DNA from: Nitrosopumilus sp.
GTDB lineage: Archaea > Thermoproteota > Nitrososphaeria > Nitrososphaerales > Nitrosopumilaceae
Reading direction: 5' to 3'
NCBI GenBank assembly: GCA_965204345.1
Contig: OZ241981.1
Span: forward strand, 128,001 to 192,000
DNA length: 64,000 bases
The stretch's first letter is position 1. Every line of letters starts with the position of its first letter. The position numbers were made by a program, and so were the translations under genes. Of this stretch, positions 1 to 8,578 are shown one piece after another. The notes below the pieces were generated by a model that saw only the letters and a list, made by a program, of their open reading frames with translations, searched no databases and was not told where the DNA came from.

Positions 1-169
1 CAGTTTTACTGTAAATGTTGATGCACCTCAAAGAACACTTTATGCCGTTGATTTGGAACTTTCTTATGGGTAATTTGCATTGTCATTGGAACTGCTGTGG
101 TGGACGTAATGGTATTTTTATTCTTCAAAAAATCTAGAGGCACATGTCAGAAGAATAAGCTGATGATGA

Positions 170-388
170 TCAGCTCTGATTCTTTTTTTGAGTTCTTTTC
201 CTATCTCTACAAATCCCGCAAAGATACTCTTTTTTAAAATCTTCCAACTCCTTTTTGAATTCCTTTGTTTCATAGAATTTTTTTGATGTTTTTAGCCCTC
301 CTGGGACTTTTTTCTTGCAATTTGTACAACAGATATCCGAATCAAATCTTTGTACTTTATCATTTTTGTTGATTTTTCCTATAATCAT
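170..388 (-). CDS. small Zn-binding hypothetical protein
   Basis: 72-aa ORF with CTNC...CGIC pairs, divergent from menA. Confidence 0.65.
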   Translation of the reverse strand: MIIGKINKNDKVQRFDSDICCTNCKKKVPGGLKTSKKFYETKEFKKELEDFKKEYLCGICRDRKRTQKKNQS

Positions 389-464
389 ATCAGAATTCCT
401 ACCCTATTTTGATATAAACAATGACTAGAACTCATGAATATTATATTGAAAAGCTAATGTATCT

Positions 465-1385
465 TTGATGCTTTCTGTATGGCTTAGGGTAATTCGGGTT
501 AGATTTCTTTTAGCTTCTGTAATTGCAGTCTCTGTCGGCTTGTCATTAAATTGGTGGCAAAACTTGTCCATTGAACCATTTGATGCCGTTTTAACGTTTG
601 CAGGAGTAATGGCACTTCATGCAAGCGTTGATCTGTTAAATGATTTTTGGGATTTTAAGCGGGGAATTGATACAAAAACTACTAGAACTAAAATGAGTGG
701 AGGAACCGGCGTTCTGCCAGAGGGCCTGCTCAGGCCCTCTTCTGTATACCGTGCAGGGATTGCATTTTTGATTATCGGCTCAATAATTGGGGGATATTTT
801 GTAATTACTGATGGCATTACAATTGCAATAATCTTGGGGTTTGCAATTTTATCCATCTATTTTTATTCTACAAAAATCGTTGATTCTGGGCTGGGTGAAT
901 TTTTTGTTGCTGTAAAAGGCGCAATGATTGTTATTGGAACTTTTTTTATTCAATTTGGGGCAGTTTCAATAGAATCCATTCTTTCTGGCATTGTTGTTGG
1001 TTCACTGTCTTCTCTGGTTCTTTTTATTGCATCTTTTCCAGATCATGATGCTGATAAATCCAAAGGTAGGAAAACCCTGGTCATCTCAGTCGGAAAAGAA
1101 AAAGCTGCAAAATTATTTTGGATTTTCCCACTGGTTTCTTACCTGTCTATTATTGTGGGCGTATACACAAATCTGTTTCCTGCATATTCCTTGATCAGTC
1201 TCCTTAGCTTGCCCTTGATGATAAAATCTGGATTGGGACTGATGAAAAATTATGACTCTGTAAAGGATCTTGTTCCGTACATGTCTTCTACTTTGATGTT
1301 TGGACGAGCTACTGGGATTTTGTTTGTTGCTGGATTTTTCATTGATTTTTATGCTCTAGACATAAATTTGGCAAGTGGTGGATAA
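465..1385 (+). CDS. menA: 1,4-dihydroxy-2-naphthoate prenyltransferase (UbiA/MenA family)
   Basis: multi-TM; NDFWDFKRGID and DHDADKSKGRKTL Asp-rich UbiA motifs. Confidence 0.9.
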   Translation: MMLSVWLRVIRVRFLLASVIAVSVGLSLNWWQNLSIEPFDAVLTFAGVMALHASVDLLNDFWDFKRGIDTKTTRTKMSGGTGVLPEGLLRPSSVYRAGIAFLIIGSIIGGYFVITDGITIAIILGFAILSIYFYSTKIVDSGLGEFFVAVKGAMIVIGTFFIQFGAVSIESILSGIVVGSLSSLVLFIASFPDHDADKSKGRKTLVISVGKEKAAKLFWIFPLVSYLSIIVGVYTNLFPAYSLISLLSLPLMIKSGLGLMKNYDSVKDLVPYMSSTLMFGRATGILFVAGFFIDFYALDINLASGG

Positions 1386-2490
1386 TGTCATGATTTTAGG
1401 AAATGCCACTGGAGAAGGAACTGAAAAATTTGCCCAAAGCTCAGGCGTAAATCCATCCAACTTTAAGAAATTTGAAAATCTGACTTTATCCAATGTTGGA
1501 ATGGGGACATATCTTGGTGATCCTGATGCCAAAACCGACGAATTAGTTACGCATGCTGTTAAACAAACGATTTCTTCTGGTGTTAATGTTATAGACACTG
1601 CGATAAATTATAGGGCACAAAAAGCAGAACGTTCGGTTGGAAAAGCAATCTCTGAACTAATTGAGGAAAACAAAATATCTCGTGATCAAATTTTTCTAAG
1701 CTCAAAAAATGGCTATGTCACAAATGATGCTGATATTCAACTTGGTTTTTGGGAATATGTCAAAGAAGAATACTCCCAAAAAGGCGTTATCAAAGAGGGA
1801 GATGTTACATCTGGTTATCATTGCATGACTCTTGCATATCTGTCTGATCAGCTGGATAGAAGCTTGAAAAATTTGGATATTGAATGTCTTGATTTAATGT
1901 ATCTTCACAATGCTGTTGAGGGACAAATCAATGATGTTTCCAAAGGGCAATTTTTAGAGAATCTGAAACTTGTTTTTGAATTCTATGAGCAAAAGCGTGA
2001 CGAAGGAAAAATCAAATTTTATGGATTGGCAACTTGGGAATGTTTTAGAGTCAAAAAAGACAGTCCTCAGTACCTCTCACTTGAAGATACTGTTAAGATG
2101 GCTCAAAAAATCGGCGGCAAAAACCATGGATTTAAATTTATTCAGTTGCCTTATAACATGAATTATGACCAAGCATTGCTGATGAAAAATCAACTGCTAG
2201 CAGCTAACAGCGTGTCTGTTTTAGAGGCATCTGTGAAACTAGGCATTGGTGTTTTTACTAGCGTTCCTTTCATGCAGGGAAGACTGCTGTCTCCTGGGGT
2301 GATGCCTGAGTTCAATGATATGAAGCCATCTCTTCGTGCATTACAGTTTCTTCGTTCATCTCCCGGCGTTTTGTCTCCCCTGGTTGGCCAAAAATCTGCC
2401 GAACATGTCTCAGAAAATCTTGAAATCATGAATATTCCTCCCCTGCAGGAAGATGAATTTCTTGCATTAGTTAAGAAACTAACTTCTTGA
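1375..2490 (+). CDS. aldo/keto reductase
   Basis: GMGT, IDTAINY, SLKNL..ECLDLMYLHN, QLPYN motifs. Confidence 0.9.
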   Translation: MVDNVMILGNATGEGTEKFAQSSGVNPSNFKKFENLTLSNVGMGTYLGDPDAKTDELVTHAVKQTISSGVNVIDTAINYRAQKAERSVGKAISELIEENKISRDQIFLSSKNGYVTNDADIQLGFWEYVKEEYSQKGVIKEGDVTSGYHCMTLAYLSDQLDRSLKNLDIECLDLMYLHNAVEGQINDVSKGQFLENLKLVFEFYEQKRDEGKIKFYGLATWECFRVKKDSPQYLSLEDTVKMAQKIGGKNHGFKFIQLPYNMNYDQALLMKNQLLAANSVSVLEASVKLGIGVFTSVPFMQGRLLSPGVMPEFNDMKPSLRALQFLRSSPGVLSPLVGQKSAEHVSENLEIMNIPPLQEDEFLALVKKLTS

Positions 2491-2552
2491 TGATTTCAAG
2501 CCTTGCTGTTGTAGAAAGATAATAAATGAGTAGTATTTAGAATGGTAGTATA

Positions 2553-2918
2553 TTGCCTGACAAAATCTATGACTATTCAAAAATCTGTGAATCTGTATTT
2601 TCCATAGATCCTAAAATTCGATTTGCAGGCGTGATTAACGAGCGTGGTCGTTTGGTTGCAGGTGGAATGAAAGAAAACGTTGAACCGCTAGAAAACGAAA
2701 AGGATGATGAAATGATCTTCATGGAGCTTGCATTACGTGTAAAAATGCGTAAGGAATTTGATAAGCAACTGGGACAAGTCAATTTTGCAATGGCTTCTAG
2801 AGAACGTGCACTTGCAATCAGTGTCTTAATCAATAATGACATTCTGTATGTTGTGTCTGAACCTGACTCTGATTATGGCATACTGCCTAAGAAAATCATT
2901 GACATAGTCCACTCTTAA
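2553..2918 (+). CDS. thaumarchaeal roadblock-like protein (DUF6659-type)
   Basis: IRFAGVIN..GRLVAGG and MRKEFDKQLG motifs typical of this family. Confidence 0.8.
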   Translation: MPDKIYDYSKICESVFSIDPKIRFAGVINERGRLVAGGMKENVEPLENEKDDEMIFMELALRVKMRKEFDKQLGQVNFAMASRERALAISVLINNDILYVVSEPDSDYGILPKKIIDIVHS

Positions 2919-3338
2919 TCTTAATTTTATTTCTGTTTCTGGGACTGTTTGCTAACGCATATGTTATTTTGTATGTGGTGTATTACATGCATATGACAGC
3001 AATTACATGAATAAAACATGATGTAATATTGATCCTGAGATTTTTTCTGCTGTGTGTTAAAAAATAAAGGCTCCATCTCTCTGTATTTCCAACTGGGGGT
3101 TCATGTGCAAATGTTAATTTTTATAATCAGACTCTGGATTGTTAATTTTCATAGCCAAGTCTCAAATATGCTTCTAGTCTGCTTGGCCAATTGTGTCAAT
3201 AGATGAGCCAATTGTATGCATTTTTTGGCGCATTTTTCATATTTATTCTCAAAATTGATTTTGCGTTTCCTTTGGCTTTGGAAAACAACAACATTTGATA
3301 GCACTTCTAATATAGTATGCCAAAAAACCAACAAACCA

Positions 3339-4612
3339 ATGCGGATTCTGCTTGCCATATCCATTGTATCACTTTTTGGAGTTGCCAGTGCATATGCTGA
3401 GATTGCCTCCCCCTATGAGCAGCTAAAATCCGGCGTGTCACTATATGAAATCCAGTGTGAGTATCAAAAGATTCTACTGGAATCTCCTAGGAACAACAAG
3501 CCGGTATGTGTGAAAAGTGATACGGCAGACATACTGGTAGAGCGGGGCTGGTTCATGATAAAAATATTTGATGAGATGCCAACTGCTGAGTTACCAGTTG
3601 ATGAGCTGCATATAGAAACTACCATCAACCAGACAGAGGGCAGCTCATATGCTGTCTCTGATCCTGTACAGACAGAGACATACTATCCTCATCTAGGAGA
3701 CCCGTATGTTATGTCATTCTATGGTACTACGACCGCATAGATCTATCTGGAATCAAACCACTTCCTGAAGGTGTCTACCTTCCCACAACCATAGAAAACT
3801 ATGAGCGCATCATGCAAAAAATACTTGATGGTATAGACGACAAACTGATACTTCCAAATCTGGAAGGTCCAAGATATGACTATGTTATTGACAACACCTT
3901 GCATGGGGGTACAATACTAGGAGAACGGCTGAACTACACATACTATACAGAACAAGGAAACATTATCAGGCCATATGGCAATACTAAAATAGAATTGATA
4001 ATATTAGAACCTGATAAAATATTCAGGTCAGATTATTTGGATGAAAAATGGCACGAATATGACTCCCTTGACCGAAAGGATGAGCTTGCATTTGCCAAAA
4101 ATCTAACGGCAGGTCCAGAAAAATTTATACAAAACTTTGTGGAAAAATCAGGACTGCCAAGTATAGTAATGACGCAGCATGATTTTGACAATTCATTGAT
4201 ATATCTTGAAAATGGTACAATAGAAATGCGAATGGAATGGGATAATGTGTACATGTATTTTCTGTATCAGGAAGAACCTCACTTTACTCCGCTGTCAAAA
4301 GATACGATGCGTCAATTAATGCATCAGTTTGCTATTGATAATGCACATGTAATAGATCGAGAAGAGTGTGATGGCTTTGTCCTATACGATAACAAGGATG
4401 ATATCAGAATAGTTAGGTTTAGCTACTTTCTAGCAGGAATTCCCATATATCAAGCAGATGTGGGAATTTGTGATCCAACTTGGAATCATCCTACAAATGC
4501 CTTATCTATTAGTATGGAGGGCATTACAGGAGAGATTGGCTGGTTTTCTGGCCCAAAAATAGATGACTGGATTGACAAGATAAACATTCCAGAACATGCC
4601 AAGGTAAGATAA
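3339..4612 (+). pseudogene. array protein A copy 1, frameshifted near 3735 (ORFs 3339-3740 and 3812-4612)
   Basis: both ORFs are collinear with intact copies 2 and 3; ACC GCA TAG replaces GGC ATA GAT. Confidence 0.85.
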
Positions 4613-4728
4613 AACAGATGTGAATATTGTACATTACACCTCAAAAAGCAAAGCTTGATCATCCATATATGGCCAAAAGCAGACTCTCAGGATACAAATT
4701 TTGATATACTACTCCTTTTGGACAAAGT

Positions 4729-5241
4729 GTGATGGCTAATTTGCTTGCTCTGCTGCTAGCAGTCTTTGCAGTTATGGGAATTGGGCACGCATATGCACAG
4801 ACATCTGAACTGTTTGTACCCTTGCCAGATAGTGAGCTAGAATCACTTGATGTTTTTGAGGGCTATAATTTTGAATCAATGATGGTAGCAATAGATACGC
4901 AAATTTTCTCATCAGAACATCTAAGCATTACAATATTTGGCGAATCAACAACCTTCACAAAAGACTCTGTGGAGTATTATGAAGATGGCAACTATCTGTG
5001 GATAGGTTCCAATGATGATCAAGAGACAGCAATGTTTGAAATAAGCGGTACAAAAGCAGTGGGAGTAATAGACACATTAAACAAAACGTTTCAGGTGTTT
5101 CCTGTAGAGGCCACAACACATGAAGTGTATCTCATTGATCAGTCCCAGTTTCCACCAGACACTGTTGTACCACCTGGTGCAAGTGGTGAACAATCCTTTG
5201 ACAGAGATGAGACATATCACTTAATAGCACTTCTAATATAG
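4729..5241 (+). CDS. truncated copy (signal peptide + pro-domain only) of the 8579 giant protein
   Basis: near-identical to first ~160 aa of ORF 8579; ends ETYHLIALLI at the array junction. Confidence 0.8.
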   Translation: MMANLLALLLAVFAVMGIGHAYAQTSELFVPLPDSELESLDVFEGYNFESMMVAIDTQIFSSEHLSITIFGESTTFTKDSVEYYEDGNYLWIGSNDDQETAMFEISGTKAVGVIDTLNKTFQVFPVEATTHEVYLIDQSQFPPDTVVPPGASGEQSFDRDETYHLIALLI

Positions 5242-5264
5242 TATGCCAAAAAACCAACAAACCA

Positions 5265-6536
5265 ATGCGGATTCTGCTTGCCATATCCATTGTATCACTT
5301 TTTGGAGTTGCTAATGCATATGCTGAGATTGCCTCCCCATATGAGCAGCTAAAATCCGGCGTGTCACTATATGAAATCCAGTGTGAGTATCAAAAGACTC
5401 TGTTGGAATCTCCTAGGAACAACAGGCCTGTATGTGTAAAAAGTGGTACGGCAGACATACTGGTAGAGCGCGGCTGGTATGTGATAAAAATATTTGATGA
5501 GATGCCAACTGCTGAGCCATCACCTGATACAACTCTGCCTGTAGCAACTACTAGCAACCAGACAGAAAGCAACTCAGATGCTGTCTCTGATCCTGTACAG
5601 ACAGAGACATACTATCCTCACATAGAAAATCCGTATCTTGTTTCACGTAGTAGTCACGGCGCTATAGATCTATCTGGAATCAAACCACTTCCTGAAGGTG
5701 TTCACCTTCCCACAACCATAGAAAACTATGAGCGCATTATGCAAAAAATACTTGATGGCATAGATGACAAACTGATACTTCCAAATTCTGAGGGTCCAAG
5801 ATATGACTATGCTATTGAGGAGTTTCCCGGATATCCAGAAATAGGAAATAAACTGAACTATACATACTATACAGAACAAGGAAACATTATCAGGCCAGAC
5901 GGCACTACTAAAATAGAGCTGATAATATTAGAACCTGATGAAATATTCAGGTCAGATTATTTGGATAAAAAATGGGACGAATATGACTCCCTTGACCAAA
6001 AGGATGAGCTTGCATTTGCCAAAAGTCTAATTGCGGGTCCAGAAGAATTCATACAAAACTTTGTAGAAAAATCAGGACTGCCAAGGATAGTAAAGATGAA
6101 CTCTGATTTTGACCGTTCATCGATATATCTTGAAAATGGTAAAATAGACATGCGAATGCAATGGAATAACGTGTACATGTATTTTCTATATAAGGAAGAA
6201 CCTCACTTTACTCCGCTGTCAAAAGATGCGATGCGTCAATTAATGTATCAGTTTGCTATTGATAATGCACATGTAATAGATCGAGAAAGGTGTGATGGCT
6301 TTGTCCTATACGATAGCAAGGAGGATATCAGAGAAGTTTCAATTATATCCTATCGAGCAGGGATTCCCATATGGGAAGCAGATGTGGGAATTTGTGATCC
6401 AACTTGGAATCATCCTACAAATGCCTTATCTATTAGCATGGAGGGCATTACAGGAGAGATTGGCTGGTTCTCTAATCTTATGATAGATGACTGGCTTGAT
6501 AAGATAAACATTCCAGAGCATGCCAAGGTAAGATAA
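5265..6536 (+). CDS. secreted array protein A copy 2: thaumarchaeal SPxxQ...C...PVCVK...LVERGW module, C-terminal PepSY-like domain
   Basis: signal peptide; LSKDAMRQL...GIPIWEADV...ISMEGITGEI resembles the PepSY pattern. Confidence 0.8.
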   Translation: MRILLAISIVSLFGVANAYAEIASPYEQLKSGVSLYEIQCEYQKTLLESPRNNRPVCVKSGTADILVERGWYVIKIFDEMPTAEPSPDTTLPVATTSNQTESNSDAVSDPVQTETYYPHIENPYLVSRSSHGAIDLSGIKPLPEGVHLPTTIENYERIMQKILDGIDDKLILPNSEGPRYDYAIEEFPGYPEIGNKLNYTYYTEQGNIIRPDGTTKIELIILEPDEIFRSDYLDKKWDEYDSLDQKDELAFAKSLIAGPEEFIQNFVEKSGLPRIVKMNSDFDRSSIYLENGKIDMRMQWNNVYMYFLYKEEPHFTPLSKDAMRQLMYQFAIDNAHVIDRERCDGFVLYDSKEDIREVSIISYRAGIPIWEADVGICDPTWNHPTNALSISMEGITGEIGWFSNLMIDDWLDKINIPEHAKVR

Positions 6537-6651
6537 GATAGATATGAATATTGTCATTACGCCTCAAAAAGCAAAACTTGGCCATCCATATATGACCAAA
6601 AACAGATTCTCAGGATGCAAATTTTGATATACTGCCCCTTTTGGACATGGT

Positions 6652-7164
6652 GTGATGGCTAATTTGCTTGCCCTCCTACTAACAATCTTTGCAGTTATGA
6701 GTATCGGACACGCATATGCACAGACATCTGAACTGTTTGTACCCTTGCCAGATAGTGAGCTAGAATCACTTGATGTTTTTGAGGGCTATAATTTTGAATC
6801 AAGGATGGTAGCAATAGATACGCAAATTTTCTCATCAGAACATCTAAGCATTACAATATTTGGAGAATCGACAACCTTCACAAAAGACTCTGTGGAGCAT
6901 TATGAAGATGGCAACTATCTGTGGAAAGGTTCCAATAATGATGAAGAGACTGCAATGTTTGAAATAAGCGGTACAAAGGCAGTGGGAATAATAGACACAT
7001 TAAACAAAACATTCCAGGTGTTTCCTGTAGAGGCCACAACACATGAAGTGTATCTCATTGATCATTCCCAGTTTCCACCAGACGCGGTTGTACCACCTGG
7101 TGCAAGTGGTGAGCAATCCTTTGACAGAGATGAGACATATCACTTAATAGCACTTCTAATATAG
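6652..7164 (+). CDS. second truncated pro-domain copy of the 8579 protein
   Basis: same length and same junction tail as 4729-5241. Confidence 0.8.
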   Translation: MMANLLALLLTIFAVMSIGHAYAQTSELFVPLPDSELESLDVFEGYNFESRMVAIDTQIFSSEHLSITIFGESTTFTKDSVEHYEDGNYLWKGSNNDEETAMFEISGTKAVGIIDTLNKTFQVFPVEATTHEVYLIDHSQFPPDAVVPPGASGEQSFDRDETYHLIALLI

Positions 7165-7187
7165 TATGCCAAAAAACCAACAAACCA

Positions 7188-8465
7188 ATGCGGATTCTGC
7201 TTGCCATATCCATTGTATCACTTTTTGGAGTTGCCAATGCATATGCTGAGATTGCCTCCCCCTATGAGCAGCTAAAATCTGGCGTACCACTCTATGAAAT
7301 CCAGTGTGAGTATCAAAAGATTCTGCTGGAATCTCCTAGGAACAACAAGCCTGTATGTGTGAAAAGTGATACGGCAGACATACTGGTAGAGCGCGGCTGG
7401 CATATGATAAAAATATTTGATGAGCTGCCATCTGCTGAGCCATCACCTGATACAACTCTGCCTGTAGCAACTACTGGCAACCAGACAGAAAGCAACTCGG
7501 ATGCTGTCTCTGATCCTATACCGACAAATACATACTATACTGACCTAGGAGACCCGTATGTTATTTCATTCGGTACTACTTCCTATGGCATAGATCTATC
7601 TGGAATCAAACCACTTCCTGAAGGTGTCTACCTTCCCACAACCATAGAAAACTATGAACGCATCATGCAGAAAATACTTGATGGCATAGACGACAAACTA
7701 ATACTTCCAAATTCTGAAGGTCCAAGATATGACTATACTCTTCAACCCCTTCCTGGAGGTCGCGAAGTAGGAAAACGGCTGAACTATACATACTATACAG
7801 AACAAGGAAACATTATCAGGCCAGACGGCGCTACTAAAATAGAGCTGATAATATTAGAACCTGATGAAATATTCAGCTCAGATTATTTGGATAAAAAATG
7901 GGACGAATTTGACTCCCTTGACCAAAAGGATGAGCTTGCATTTGCCAAAAATCTAATAGCAGGTCGAGAAAAATTCCTGCAAAACTTTGTAGAAAAATCA
8001 GAACTACCAAGAATAGTAAATACGAACCATCTGCAGGTGGAATCACTGGCGTATCTTGAAAATGGTCAAATAGAAATGCTAATGCAATGGGGTAATGTGT
8101 ACATGTATTTTACATATAAGGAAAACCCTGACTTTTTACCGTTGTCAAAAAATACGATGCGTCAACTAATGCATCAGTTTGCTATTGATAATGCACACGT
8201 AATAGATCGAGAATGGTGTGATGACCTTGTCATATACGATAGCAAGGATGATGTCAAAAAAATTGGAGTTATCTACTTCCAAGCAGGGATTCCAATATGG
8301 GATGCAGCTGTGGGAACATGTGATCCAATTTTGAATCGTTCTGCAGATGTCGTATATCTTCACATGGAGGGTATTACAGGAGAGATCGGCTGGTTTGAGG
8401 AGGGGCAAACAGAAGACTGGATTGACAAGATAAACATTCCAGAACATGCCAAGATAAGAAGATAA
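7188..8465 (+). CDS. secreted array protein A copy 3
   Basis: paralog of 5265-6536 with divergent loops. Confidence 0.8.
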   Translation: MRILLAISIVSLFGVANAYAEIASPYEQLKSGVPLYEIQCEYQKILLESPRNNKPVCVKSDTADILVERGWHMIKIFDELPSAEPSPDTTLPVATTGNQTESNSDAVSDPIPTNTYYTDLGDPYVISFGTTSYGIDLSGIKPLPEGVYLPTTIENYERIMQKILDGIDDKLILPNSEGPRYDYTLQPLPGGREVGKRLNYTYYTEQGNIIRPDGATKIELIILEPDEIFSSDYLDKKWDEFDSLDQKDELAFAKNLIAGREKFLQNFVEKSELPRIVNTNHLQVESLAYLENGQIEMLMQWGNVYMYFTYKENPDFLPLSKNTMRQLMHQFAIDNAHVIDREWCDDLVIYDSKDDVKKIGVIYFQAGIPIWDAAVGTCDPILNRSADVVYLHMEGITGEIGWFEEGQTEDWIDKINIPEHAKIRR

Positions 8466-8578
8466 AACAGATATGAAATTGTCACTACACCTCAAAAAGC
8501 AAAACTTGGCCATCATATATGACCAAAAACAGTTTCTCAGAATGTAAATTTTGATATACTGTCCCTTTTGGACAAGGT

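Noticed and set aside
1-163. Tail of a membrane-anchored gene at the window start
   Set aside because: Frame-broken and truncated by the window edge; cannot be assigned.
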